Origin: Lama guanicoe
Taxonomy: Eukaryota
Assembly: GCA_013239625.1 (NCBI GenBank)
Contig: MU054323.1
Location: 7,987,220-8,051,219, forward strand
Length of the DNA stretch: 64,000 nucleotides
Direction: 5' to 3'
Positions within the stretch are counted from its first letter, which is position 1; each line of letters opens with the position of its first letter. The notes under the pieces were generated by a model that saw nothing but the letters and a program-made list of their open reading frames with translations, made no database searches and had not been told where the DNA came from. Below, piece by piece: positions 10,801 through 22,480 of this stretch. A program made the position numbers and the translations under genes.

Positions 10801-13438
10801 CCAGCCTGGAAGACCCAATCCGTCAGCAGAAACCAAACAAGGAAGCTTTTTGGTCTAGAACTCCTCCTCCCCCAGGGAGGGAACTTCCTCTCCTTGTCCA
10901 CCTGTCTCTGAAGCCCTGCCATTCCTTAGTCTCATTATCCGGTCCCGAGCTCAGGGCCTGGGATCTGCTATTATGGCTGACATTTTCTCCCTCCCAGAGC
11001 CGCTGGGCTTGGGTCGGCTGGCAGAGACACAGGGATCAGAGGGAAAGACAACACAGGATTTCTTTCACTGGGGTGGGGTCGGGGAGGGCAGCATTGGTTC
11101 CCAAGTTCCTCACCAGGTGGCAGCAGCTGGCAGTACCCGGCTTCATTAGGGCAGAAGATAAGACAGCCACAAGGCCGGTGCTCAAGGAGGGTTTCGCAGG
11201 GTTGGTGACGGGAGCAGACACTGTTGTTCCACTGGTACCCAGAGAGGCAAGCACAATAGGTACACCCATCGTGGTTGACACTGCACTCTGTGACAGAGGG
11301 AAGGGGAATGAGAAGTGGGCAGGCTGTCTGGGAAAGCCCAACTGCCTGATGCCTGCGGGGCTTTAGGGCTGGCTGTCTGGACAATCCCAAAGTCACAGGC
11401 GCCTCAGTCACCAACACCCACCAGGCACTGCCTTCTCAGCCAAGAGCAGCAGAGTGTGCTGGGCAAAGGCATCAGGGGTGGGAGTGGAGACCCGGGCCCA
11501 CCATCATCTGCCCCTTGTGCCTCTGCCAAAGTTTAGAAGATGGGGACGCGGAGCAGGAAGGGAAGGGCCTGCCCGGTGGGAGGTGAGAAAGGAGCTGGGC
11601 TGCGCAGACCCTCCAGAAATAGGGAGGGGCTCACAGTATCTCAGACAAGGGGACTGTGGGAGGGCTGGGCTCCCTTCACCCTGAGCCCCCTTCCCACCAA
11701 GCAGCATAAGAGCCACTGAGAAGCAGGGGCCTCTCCTTACACCACCTGTTGTGAGGCTGAGGCCAGTGAGGGTTCCCAGGGAAGAGGAAGCCGAGGCAGT
11801 GGGAAGAGTCTGGGGCTTGGAGAGTGCTGCCGACCAGGTCTCATTTGAAAAGTCCAGCTGTACATAGACCGAGACCAGGACTGATTCTGCAGGAGCAGAG
11901 GGGACAGCTGGAGAGGACAGGCAGCAAGGCCATGAACAGTCCCCTTCTGCGCCCCACACCTAGCTGTCACAACCAGGAACCCGGAGCCCGTCCCACCTCC
12001 CCAAGCCCCTCCAGGCACAGAAAGGACTCAGGAAAGTGGTAACTCCTCACCCAGTTATGGTGCCTTCCCCTACGCTGTTTCATGTCACCCAACAACACCC
12101 ATTTATAGATGAGACTCCAGGATGAATGATCTTCTCAAGGCTTCGCTAGAGAACTGTGTAAGGACCTGTGTGACCAGCGCAGGACCTGGTCTCTCTCTTT
12201 AACCCACCACCCGCTCCCCTCTCTCTGTACCTCTCCCAGTCCTTTCTTTCTGCCTTGTTCCCTGCTTCCCCCTCCTCCTCCTGCGTCCTCTTTCTGTTTG
12301 TCCACTTACCACCTGCTCCACTTTCTTGGTCCAGTTGCTGCCCAGATTCCCCTCCAGCCTGACTGTGTCCCTAGAACAGAGCACAGGGGAGAGGCCTCTG
12401 AGGAGACCTGACCCCACATTTCTCCCAGGGCCACCTTCTTCCCCAGACTGCCAGCCTGGCTAATCTGGTACAACTCCGTCTCTTTTTGCCTGGAATCAAG
12501 CGGGCACATCAGGAGGGGAAAGCAGGCTTCTGGGAGGAGGTACGGGGATACAGCCCCATGGATCCTGCCACGGCCTGCAAATCCCACCAGAATCCAGAAA
12601 CCAGGCACACCCCGTGAGTCAACATGCTTTGCTTAATTCCTTCCTGAATACACCTGCCCCTGGGCCTCTAGGCTAATTGAAATGGCTGGGTCTGGAGCTC
12701 TAGGGGATGGGATGGGGTGGGGGACTGGGCAGAGCTGCCTGGGGCCCAGAGGCTTGGGGGCTTTATTCCCTCCAGAGGGATTGCCAGGAGCCTGAGCAGA
12801 AGGCAGCATCTTCCTTTAGTCTCTGGTGCCTGTAAATTATTCCTCACCAATTCCTCCTTCTCTCAAAATGCAGGTGGGTGGGGATATCTGTCTAAAAACA
12901 GGCGCTGATATGGATAAGGATGTGGAGAGTCAGAGAGAGATCCATATGGGAGAAAAGGGAAATCCTAAAGTGCTAAACTGGACTCTGCTGCCTTCATGCA
13001 GATTCTCTCCCGTCCTCTATGCCAATGGTTCCCAAGTTTAGAAAGCTTTTTTCTTTTCATTTTCAAATTGCAGGCTTGACCGGAAGAGCCTCTATCCGAA
13101 GTGCAGCAGGCATCACTGGCGTTCATAGGGACTCAAATAAAGAAACGAGCTATCCTCACACCCTGGAAAATAAGACTGAATGAACTCTTGGAGATCTTAT
13201 AACAAACCAGCCTTTAAAAAAATACATCACTTCCTCTCTAGCCCCTTCCCCTCCACCTATCTTTTTGTTCCACATCTTGCTGCCCCTCACACCCAGAAGT
13301 CCCTGTTGTCACCTCTGCAGACCTTCCCTGGGTCCTCACCCCAGTCTTACTCACAGGCTGGGATGCTTGGGCATCTGGTGACCCGACCAGGGGGAGAGTC
13401 ATGGCCAGGAGTAGCAAAGGAGCAGCCGAACAGACCAT
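4813..13438 (-). CDS. ADGRF3: Adhesion G protein-coupled receptor F3 (GPR113), spliced CDS, 13 coding exons, 2925 nt / 974 aa
   Basis: Exons: 13438-13355, 12370-12310, 11886-11746, 11287-11114, 10644-10426, 9899-9690, 9260-9117, 8941-8745, 8336-8157, 7315-5933, 5488-5447, 5358-5296, 4839-4813. Phases join in frame; all introns are GT-AG except one GC-AG. Protein has a signal peptide, GPS (CVFWDH...GGWSDAGC...CICQHL|TAFSILMS) and a secretin-like 7TM; its position next to SELENOI matches known synteny. Confidence 0.95.
5296..5358 (-). CDS. ADGRF3: ADGRF3 coding exon 12 (VQEALRKRFCRSQPPNSTISL, helix 8 and tail)
   Basis: cctacag| acceptor, CTG|gtgagt donor. Confidence 0.92.
5447..5488 (-). CDS. 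ADGRF3: ADGRF3 coding exon 11 (GVFILLFGCLMDRK, end of TM7)
   Basis: ttttcag| acceptor, AAG|gtgagt donor; completes the adhesion-GPCR TM7 QG motif (NTSQ|GVFI). Confidence 0.94.
5933..7315 (-). CDS. ADGRF3: ADGRF3 coding exon 10 (GAIN/GPS and most of the 7TM)
   Basis: 1383 nt open exon inside the 499-aa ORF; ctgcag| acceptor, CAG|gtgggt donor; GPS HL|T at 6718-6710. Confidence 0.97.
8157..8336 (-). CDS. ADGRF3: ADGRF3 coding exon 9 (start of GAIN helical subdomain)
   Basis: tctcag| acceptor, GAG|gtgaga donor, 180 nt. Confidence 0.92.
8745..8941 (-). CDS. ADGRF3: ADGRF3 coding exon 8 (hormone-receptor-like domain: CPEDSSAGAWNVTKAGHVAQAPCPG...CRPDGAWG...C)
   Basis: ttttcag| acceptor, CGG|gtaaag donor, 197 nt, Cys/Trp pattern of an HRM domain. 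Confidence 0.92.
9117..9260 (-). CDS. ADGRF3: ADGRF3 coding exon 7 (ASSFNTSDSQCFVLAVQRCPAADTTYTCDLQS...TIIQ)
   Basis: Pyrimidine tract plus ctcag| acceptor, G|gtacgc donor, 144 nt; not in the ORF track, translated by hand. Confidence 0.92.
9690..9899 (-). CDS. ADGRF3: ADGRF3 coding exon 6 (GDYMCCFEAQGFRWEL...WSPGEGSE)
   Basis: ctgcag| acceptor; the frame-preserving donor is AAG|gcgtgg (GC donor), 210 nt. Confidence 0.85.
10426..10644 (-). CDS. ADGRF3: ADGRF3 coding exon 5 (Ig-like; VPATLSLNSWLQMPGSTLNLTL...YKWA)
   Basis: ctgcag| acceptor, CAG|gtagcc donor, 219 nt. Confidence 0.9.
11114..11287 (-). CDS. ADGRF3: ADGRF3 coding exon 4 (Cys-rich: ECSVNHDGCTYCACLSGYQWNNSVC...GYCQLLPP)
   Basis: tcacag| acceptor, G|gtgagg donor, 174 nt, CxCxxGYxW motif typical of ADGRF. 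Confidence 0.92.
11746..11886 (-). CDS. ADGRF3: ADGRF3 coding exon 3 (ESVLVSVYVQLDFSNETW...LSLTT)
   Basis: ctgcag| acceptor, CAG|gtggtg donor, 141 nt, phase 1-1. Confidence 0.88.
12310..12370 (-). CDS. ADGRF3: ADGRF3 coding exon 2 (GHSQAGGESGQQLDQESGAG)
   Basis: ttctag| acceptor, G|gtaagt donor; resembles recalled human GQSQAGGESGSGQLLDQENGAG. Confidence 0.85.
13355..13438 (-). CDS. ADGRF3: ADGRF3 coding exon 1 (signal peptide MVCSAAPLLLLAMTLPLVGSPDAQASQP)
   Basis: ATG in strong Kozak context (gagccATGg), hydrophobic core, donor CCT|gtgagt, phase 0 matches the next exon. Confidence 0.85.
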
Positions 13439-14765
13439 GGCTCAGGGAAGCAGTCCTCAAGAGCCCTCCTGCTGCTGCATGATGCAAATTTCCTCAGAGA
13501 AGAGCTGGCTGGGGTGCTGTGCAGATGGGATGGGCGGCAAGAGTGGAAGGGAGCCAGAGCCAAATTTACAGAGGAAGTGCTACAGCCCATGCTACAGTCA
13601 GATGGGCATCCAAGTCACTGTGGGGCCACCTGGAGCCCACCTGCCCCGGTGAGAATGGTCTCCCCAGGTTCCCACACCCCTGACCTGGGTCTGATGGGCT
13701 CAGTTGGCAGGAGAGGACTTGGCAGTCCTAGGCCACAACCAACAATGTGTCAATAAGCCAGGTTCAGTCACATCCCCAAGGATCTGGGAAATCTGGATTG
13801 ATCTGGAACTCTCAGAAAGCTGGATTATTGATCAAAGAGCCAAGGTTAGAAAAGACAAACATTAGAGCTGATTGCTATCCTAAAATAATTTCCAGATAGA
13901 CTAGAGTCTTAAATGTAACAAAGAATGTGGAAAAATACCAGGAGAAATTATCCAGTAGTTTCACAAAATAATTTTGAAGCGAGGAAGGCTTCTCTAAACC
14001 ATATAAAACACAAAAGCCAGAAAGGAAAGAAATTAGACTGTCTAAAAAGTCTTAAATTTAGGATGAAAAGAATGTTAGGGTAAAAAGGCAAAAAAGAAAA
14101 CATATTTGAAGGACTATAATTGAATAAAGGGCTAATTTTAATATAATGTTTTATCTTACACATCAGTAAGATAGAAAATGGACAAAAAATAGGAACAGGC
14201 AGTTAAAGGAAAAAATTTCAAAGTTTGATAAACATATAAAAACATCTAACTTAAGATGTAAGAAATGCAAATTTAAATAAGAAAATATTCTTTGTCATCT
14301 ACTAATTAACAAAAGAAGATATTGATTATATTCAGTGCTGATCAAAGTGTACTTGTAGAAAAATATGTGTAAAAGGATGTTCAAGGCAGAGTTGTTTGTG
14401 ATAGCAAATGAGTTAAACAATCCAAATGTCCATTCAAAAAGGACAGGTTAAGTAAACTATGGCATTTCCAAACCACAGAACATTGTTATGGGGGAAGAAA
14501 ACAGGAAGTCGCACTATTTGGGGTGAACCCTAATATATATGGTGAAATTTAAAGTATATATGATGCTCCTCTATATGTAAAAAAGGGGATCTATATTAGA
14601 TACTCGTGCTTTTTATACCTGGAATATTTCTGGAAGAATGCACCAGAAACTTGGCGATAGTTGTTGTTTCTGGGGAATGGGATTAAGGGTCTGAATGGTC
14701 TGTGTGCTATTTGATATATATTTTTTCTAACCATAGGCATCTTTTTAATTAAAAAAAAAGGGCTG

Positions 14766-14770
<5 letters not shown>

Positions 14771-14804
<34 letters not shown>
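14771..14804. repeat. (CA)17 microsatellite
   Basis: Direct reading. Confidence 0.97.
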
Positions 14805-14805
<1 letters not shown>

Positions 14806-16929
14806 CCTAGGGTAGAAATCTAGCCTCAGTATGCTTCCACTTTCACCACCACTTCAAATCCCCCTTGCTAGGGTCACTGTTAAAGGAACAGCAAACACAC
14901 AGAGCAAATACATGCATGGGAGCAAAGACTCTGTAAATGATTGATTTCAGAAAACATGACAATGGTGAAGAATCAGATTTGAGAACCAGAGAGAAAAGAC
15001 ACAAGTGTTTGGTGGGGCACTACCAGCACGTGGGAAACCATCTACTGCAGCTGCAGGTGGTCTCAGATGGCCCTGGGGGAGACGGACACCAACAGCATCT
15101 GCTACTGTCGCCAAAAGGGGTCAGTCAAAGCACTAAGTGGACCTGGACAATGCTCAACGGGGGCTCTCAAGGACCAGGAATTACAGAAGAGAGAGGCAAA
15201 ACTGAGAACCATGGAGGCAAGCTGCTTCAGTGCCGGACGGAGACTGAGCAATGGTAGCCTCCAGTCAGGAGAGGCAAGGACAGACTGCACAGAGGGAGGG
15301 TGCTCCACCTGGAAACAGAGACACTGAAGGAACAAGTTCCTAGAGAATATTAGAAAGTCAACGGAGCTGGAGCTGGAGAGACCTCCTAAGGAGTCTACCT
15401 CCAAAACATAATTTTCCCTAATTAATTCCCAGTTCATCTAAACCCCTTTGAATGTATGACCAGAAGTGAGAATAACAGGGGGATAACAACGTATTCCTGG
15501 TTCAATGACAGCCGAGATGTCCAAACTGTATAAAACTATTAGTAGAACTGAGCTTTCTTTAATAATATATTTGAAGCAGCTCCTGTCATTTTAGAGAAGT
15601 TGAAACATTTTTGAATGTACAAAAAATGCCCAAGAAAAGACTGGAAGGAAATGCTGCAGATCCACAAAGCATCTGTTGCGTTGACCTCAGAGTTCCTCAG
15701 AGTCTAGCACCAGGTACCAGGGGCCTTAAGTAATATTTATATTAAATGAATCAATCAACAGATAAAATACACCAAGACATTAACAGTAGTGGTAACTAAA
15801 TGGTAGGATTTGGTATGTTTTTCTACTTTTCTACATTTAAAAGTTTTGAATTCTCTAAGGGAAAAAAATCTTAATAAAAAAATCAGATTTTACAATCTCA
15901 ACTTCTTTCTTATGGACCAACAAGGTTCAGAGGCCTCCAGGTTTGCCCAGGTGTCCCTGGTCGTCAGGGAGCACCCACAGGCTGAATCAGGTCTTTGGCC
16001 TAGGGTGGGGTTCAGACAAACAGATACTTATTGCTGCCACCTGCTGACTCCCAAATCCAAGGTCAACCATAAGGCTATTGGCCTTTGCCTCTCTATATAC
16101 AGAATGATAATTTGAAACCAGTAAGTTTTTACCCCAGCTGGCAGCTTTTCTGAGCTCCTAGGTTGTACCCTGAGCAAAGGAACTTCCCTTTCCATTCCTT
16201 TGTGCTTTGAGCTACCCAGGCTGTGTCAGTGGGAGTCTTTGGTTACAAAGGTCCAGGCTTTTCTTATCTGTATCCAAACAGGTTATCGTAAAACCTCCTT
16301 TACTATGTAAACTAATAGGTTACTAAAGAATAAAGGTAGCTTGGCATTTTATCCCATATAAATCCTAATTTATTTACTTTCCACCTGACATGGCTTTAAA
16401 TTATTAGAACTATTACATGATAAGTTGTTAGAATGGGGGTGGGGTGGGGGTGGGACCTGAGCTTATATATCATCTACTTCAACTCTTCCTTTACAGAAGA
16501 GGAAAAGGAGCCAAGAGGGGAAAATGACTTGCCGAAGAGTACACAGCCAGTTGATGCTTAAAGCCAGGTCTTCTGACTCTGAATCTAGGGAATCTGGACA
16601 GAGGGGGAAAGTATAGCATAATAGGACCTTCTGGTTAAAAATATAAATTTAAAATAGGACAGAATTTGATTCCACAAAGAAGACAGTATTCAAGAAGTTT
16701 TCTTTTCCTAAGGAAGCAAGGAAATGAATGTAATATGAAAATAGGTGTTTATGGAAAGTATGGGCATAAAAATCAATCAGCCCACGAATACTTTACTTAT
16801 CTAAAGGTCCTTAATTCAGCAAATATGACTATTTGGAAGACAGCTGAGATCTACAAGGAACCAAAGAAGGCCAATGAGCAGCCAAAAGAGGTCACAGAGA
16901 TATAGTACTGGAGGTTCTTCTGGGGCCAT

Positions 16930-18160
16930 TAGGCAAGAGAAGAACTAAAACATACCTAGATTGGAAAGGAAAAGTAAAATTATCTTTATTCACAGAGGGC
17001 ATGATCATATATTTAGAAAATCCTAAGGAATCTACTAAAAAACCATTAGAACTAATTAAACAAGTTCAGCAAAGTTGCAGGATAGAAGATCAATATACAA
17101 AATCAATTGTATTTCTATACACTAGCAATGAACAATCTGAAAATGAAATAAAGAGAACAATTCCATTCACAATAGCATCAAAAAGAATAAAATATTTAAG
17201 AATAAATGACACAAAAGAAGTGCAAGAGTGGACACTGAAAACTGAAAAGGAAAGTATTGTTGAAAGACATAAAAAAAGATTGAAACACATGGAAAGACAT
17301 TCCGTGTTGATGGAACAGAAGACTTAATACTGTTAAGATGGCAATACTCCCCAAATTAATCTATGGATTCTACACAATCTATCAAAATCTCAGCTGGATT
17401 TTTTTTTTTGCAGAGATTGACAAGCTGATTCCAAAATTTATACAGAAATGCAAAGGACTGAGAATAGCCAAAATAATATTGAAAATGAAGAAAAATTTTG
17501 GAGGAATTAGGCTTTCGAATTTCAAAACCTACTACAAAGCTATAATAATGATGTAAGACACAATGGGGCGGCCGGTCGGTGAGCCAGTGACATGTGAGTT
17601 GGCAAAAGAATTTACTAGAGGTTAAGTATAAGAATAGAAAGGAGTTTATTAGGGTATGCTGTCATAGGCAACAGCGAGTCACCCAGGTGAGGGGTGCCTG
17701 CATGAGCACTGAGGGCTGGTTGTTGGGGTCTTTTATAAGGTTGTGTCACAGGATGCCTGATTGTCTTGTGTGCAAGTCTCTGGTTGGTTGTAGGTGAGGT
17801 AGGAGGTTTAGGGTCCATGAAGGGAGGTGGGGTCTATGACTAATAAGGTAGGCATTACCTGAGGCAATCAGTTTGCTAGGGGAAACACACCCAGCAGAGA
17901 ATGTCAGACATCTGAGAACCCAGGAATGGGGGTCCTTGGACTTTGAAGGACATCATTGGGCCAATAGAAGACAGTAGTTTCATGAAGACAGATATTTAGA
18001 TCAATATAATAGAATTGAGAATCCAGACATGAACTCTTAACATTCATGATTTTTGACAATGGTGCCAAGATGATTCAATAGGAGAATAGCACAACTGGAT
18101 ATCCACATGCAGAAGAATCAGTTTGGACTCGTCTCATACTAAACACAAAAAATCAAATTT
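16930..18160 (+). mobile_element. L1 ORF2 (reverse-transcriptase region) fragment, interrupted at 17552-17963
   Basis: Translates to MIIYLENPKESTKKPLELI..., IPFTIASKRIKYL, MAILPKLIY, FKTYYKA; resumes after the insert with gatcaatataatagaattgagaatccaga. Confidence 0.92.
17552..17963 (-). mobile_element. Solo ERV LTR-like insertion (~412 bp)
   Basis: TG...CA termini; splits contiguous L1 ORF2 sequence; minus-strand TATAAAA (17737-17731) followed by AATAAA (17650-17645); imperfect TSD aatga/ataga. Confidence 0.65.
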
Positions 18161-20879
18161 TTTATTATTAATACACGGGATATGCAGTATGGTGATATAA
18201 AGCACCAAGACAGACCTTCAAACTTGGTTTTTCTGGGAAGGTCTATTTAAGGAATATAATGATCAATGAGGCTGGAAAGGCAGATATGGGTCAGACTGTG
18301 AATGGCCGTGAAGACCTCCAGTAAGAGTATGGACCTTAGTCTGGAGGCAAATTTGTAGTCCAGAAATTAAGTTGGGAAACAGCCATAATTATGGGTCTGT
18401 GGGTGTGTTCCTTATAAGTAGTAAAACTCCTATTTAATAAAACAAACTTTATTTTCATAGGGCTACATAAAATTTAAAGAAACTATTGTGAATCCATTCA
18501 TATATCCATTAAATGAATACTTATTAAGCACTGGTGTCGGATACTATGCTAGGTCCTAGAGATTCAGTGTCATTAAATGTGTCTTGGTGCATTTGCCAAA
18601 AAATAAGATTTGGGCACAGAGATCATGACAGTTATTATGGAATATAGCATTTTTTTCTGGTTGCTACCTAGCCTTGGCCAGTGGCAGGGCATGTCATGGG
18701 ACAGTGTGAAGCGGGCAGTAGGGGGAGTGCACAGCTATTTACCCAACTGGTGATCTTGATGCAGTGCAGCTTCAGTAATAGCTAATCAACAAATTCTTGG
18801 TGGAGGCAGAAAACTCTAACACAGAAAGTATGTGCTTAAAATTGTCTGATGCTATAAAATGCATGATCTGCGAAATATATGGCAACAAGAAGTATTTTAA
18901 CAAAAAGCCAGGTGCTATATATGTCTTCATAAAAATTAAGGGTATTTCTGACATCAACAAATTTTAGAAAGTAGTTGATACAAAGTGATTCAGCAGCGAG
19001 AATTTCAGATCTCGTATGATTTAAGCATCTAACTTTGGATCCTAGAATGAGATTTCATACTTGCTGTCTGGGATAGTACAGAAAACCCTGCTTCAGCATT
19101 TGTACTAAAGTATTTGTTCAAAGGCACAACTTAAAGAAGCTGAAGAAACTATTGGAATTTCTGATACTATCTTTGATCCCTATAAGATGTGGGGGCTTCT
19201 GAGAGGTTGTATGCTGAGTGTGTGTGTGTATGTAAATAAACCTATGGGGAGGATTAGGACATTGGAGTGGAACAGAATTTTTTCTTCTAAAGATAAAAAA
19301 ATTCAAATTCAAATCCTCTAAGCCAGGAGCCTGCTTGATTGTAATGTATAATCCAGGGTATGAAAAATTTTAATAAACTTAAATATCTGCTAAGCACATT
19401 CTCTATTTAGACCCATCTATGAAGATCATTTTATAGCTTGGAGGTGTAGATGGCCTTCCTAAGCATGAAATGAAATCCTGAGACCATGTAAGACAAGATG
19501 ACTGATTTGAATATGAAAAATATGAGATGTCTCATACAAATCACAAATGGTTACAAGGTGGTAATATTACTCCATGAAAGAAGAATAATTTTCTCTAAGT
19601 GCACAACTGTGTGTTAGGTTTGCAAAGAGATAACTAATGGAAAAGCAGACATAGGAGTCAGGCAGCTAGAGATCAAAATTAGCTTCATTACTGGAAATGC
19701 TGAGTGTGAGAAAGTGGTTTGGATGTGAGCCAGATGCACTTCCCAATACATCCTCCTTGAACTGAATTTACTTACCCAGTCACTGACATCGCTGGACATC
19801 TCCAGGGCTCCCTCTGGGGATAGAGGAGCTGAGAATGAGTCTGGAGGACTGGCTACTTCAAAAGAGGGAGGACTCAGAGCTTATTCTCCACCTCTTACCC
19901 ATCAGATAGGTCACTTTTTGCTTGGGGAAATGAGAGAGGAAACGGAGACTATATCCTTATGGGGAATGGAAGCACCCTCCCTTCTTGGAAATGTGAGAAG
20001 AAAGGAGTAAGCATTCCTCACCAACAGCATGCAGTACTGATTTTAACAAGATTTATTTCGATATTCTAGTGAGAGAAAACTGAAAAACTTCATTTAACTA
20101 ATGATAAAATATATACATAAATAGATTCTATAAAGTCAGTAAGCCTAGAAAATATTTTTGAACACTTTGTTAGAAGCCCTAAAGAAACCTAAGTATCATG
20201 AGTAAAAAATTGCAGGTACTTGTGCTAAAAACCTATTGTTACTGGTATATTCCACTTATTTTCTGTACCACTTCCTAGAAACTGTCCTCCACCCTTAAAT
20301 CACAGGTTTACTGCGGATGTAGGCATTTTGCACAAGGTCACGCTGCCTCCTGACTACAGTGCAGTCCTTGGAATACACCTAACACCAAGTTAGAACAACT
20401 TCTCTCTTCCAGGGTAATTTGCGAACTGGGACCTAGAGTCTGGGTTGGCCCTGCAACATGTAAACTCAGCAGCTATTGGTTTTCTGTCATGTGAACTGGG
20501 AAAATTATCTGAGCTCAAAGTGAAGCTAATGTGCAGATAAAAACAAAGACAAACATGAAGAAAGTCCATCATTTCAACCTTAATTTATTCTTGATGCTTA
20601 TTTGCACTCCTGATACTGAGTTCCATTGAAGACCCCAACTTCTTTTAATAATTTCCCTTTTTGCTTGTGCTAGTTAGAGCAAGTTTTTGTTATTTTGTTA
20701 TTATCACATGCTCAGAAATGCCAGGAAAACTGTGACTGTGACGATGGAAAAATGGTCATTATATTAAGATATGAGATTAAAGAGCCTGGAAATTCAAGAC
20801 GACCGCTCCATCTCTCTAGACCTTGGTTTTCACATCAATAAAATGAAGGAGATAAACTAGATGATCTTTGAAGTACTTA

Positions 20880-22480
20880 GAAAATGTTGTTCCACTTTCT
20901 TCAGGTTTTCATGGTTTCTAATGCAAAATCCACAGTCATTTGAATCACAAATTCCTTGTAAGTAATATATCATATCCTCTGTGGCTGCTTCCAAGATTTT
21001 TTTCTGTTGTCTTTTTTAACTGTTATGATGGGTCTAAGCTAGGCTTTCTTTAAACATAACCTGTTTTCAGTTCACTGAGCTTTCTGCATCTGTTGATTTA
21101 TGTATTCCATCAAATTTGAGCATTTCAGCTATTATTTCTTCAGTTTTTTTTTTTCTGCACCACATTCTTTCTCCTCTTTTTCTTAGACTATAATGACACA
21201 ACTATTAGATTGGGGGGGGTATTTTCCCATAGAACCCCCAGGCTCTGTTCACCTTTCCAATCTTTTTTTCTCTCTGTTGTTCAGACTGGATAATTTTTAT
21301 TGATCTATTTTTAAGTTCACTGACTCTTTGCTCTGTCATCTCCACTCTACTACTGAGCCTGTGATAGACAGAATGGCGACCCAAAGATGTCTACTTCCTA
21401 GTTCCAAGGACCTGTGTATATGTAACCTTAACAGCAAAAAGAATTTTGCAGATGTAATTAAGGATCCTGAGGTAGGGAGATTATACTGAATTATCTGGGT
21501 GGGCTCAATGTAATCACAATGGTCCTTACAAAAGGGAGATAGGAATGTGAGAGACAAAAAAGGAGATCTTCAGCAGAAGCAGAGGTCTGAGTGATGCACT
21601 TTAAAGCTGGAGGGAGGTTGCCATAAGCTAAGGAATGCAGGCAGCCTCTAAAGACTGGAAAAGGAGAGGGAAAAACGTATTCTTCCCTGGAGTCTGTAGA
21701 AGAAATGCAACTCTGCTGACATCTTGATTCTGACTTTATAAGATTCACTGCCGACTTCTGACTCTTGGAACTATAAGTTACTATATTTGTTTTGTTTCAA
21801 GTCACTGCAGTTGTAGAAATTTGTTACAGCAGCAATAAGAAGCCAATACAAAGCACAAACAGTAATTTAAAAATTATTGGTTATTGTATTTTTCAGTTCT
21901 AAAATTTCCATCTGGTTCTACCTTCTATTCCTTCACTGAGACATTTCATTCATTTCAAGTGTGTTCATATTATTCATGACATTTTTATAACAGTTGTTTA
22001 ATGTCTTTTTCTGATAATTCCAAAACCTGTGTCATTTCAACACTGATATCTGTTGTTTTTTTCCCATGTGAATTGAGATTTCCTGGCTCTTCATATACCA
22101 AGTAATTATGGATTGTACTGGACATTTGAATATTGTGTTATGAGACTCTGGATCTTGTTTAAATCCTATGGAAAATACTGATATTTTCGTTTTAGCAGGC
22201 AATTGACAGTTTGGCTCAGGTCACAAGTTCTGACCCATCTCCCATGGATTGTATTTTCAACATCAGCTCTCTTTTCAAGGCCTTTGAGATACTATTGAGA
22301 TCTACGGCATATAAGTACCATATGGTGGCCAGTATGGAATCTGGGTAATGGTCTATGTCTTAGTACAATTCTCAAAGTCTATGGTATGCTGTTCAGGGTC
22401 AGATCTCTGCATGTACAACTGTGAGGAGCTCCTAGGACTTCATAAAACTCTGGGGTTATTTTCCTGAATTCCTTCTCTCT
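20880..22480 (-). mobile_element. Old L1 fragment, host of a MaLR LTR
   Basis: T-rich antisense L1-like text (catcaaatttgagcatttcagctattatttcttca; gtatttttcagttctaaaatttccat); boundaries approximate. Confidence 0.6.
21360..21850 (+). mobile_element. MaLR solo LTR (MLT1D-like)
   Basis: TGTGATAGACAGAAT start; tttgcagatgtaattaag, gggagattatactgaattatctgggtgggctcaatgtaatcacaa; ends ttgttacagcagcaataagaagccaataCA. Confidence 0.85.

Noticed and set aside
16435..16454. G-quadruplex-like GGGGGTGGGGTGGGGGTGGG (similar run near 12702-12724)
   Set aside because: Common in mammalian DNA; no contextual evidence of function.
17001..17556. ORFs resembling reverse transcriptase
   Set aside because: Frameshifted L1 ORF2 fragments interrupted by an insertion; not an active or novel RT system.
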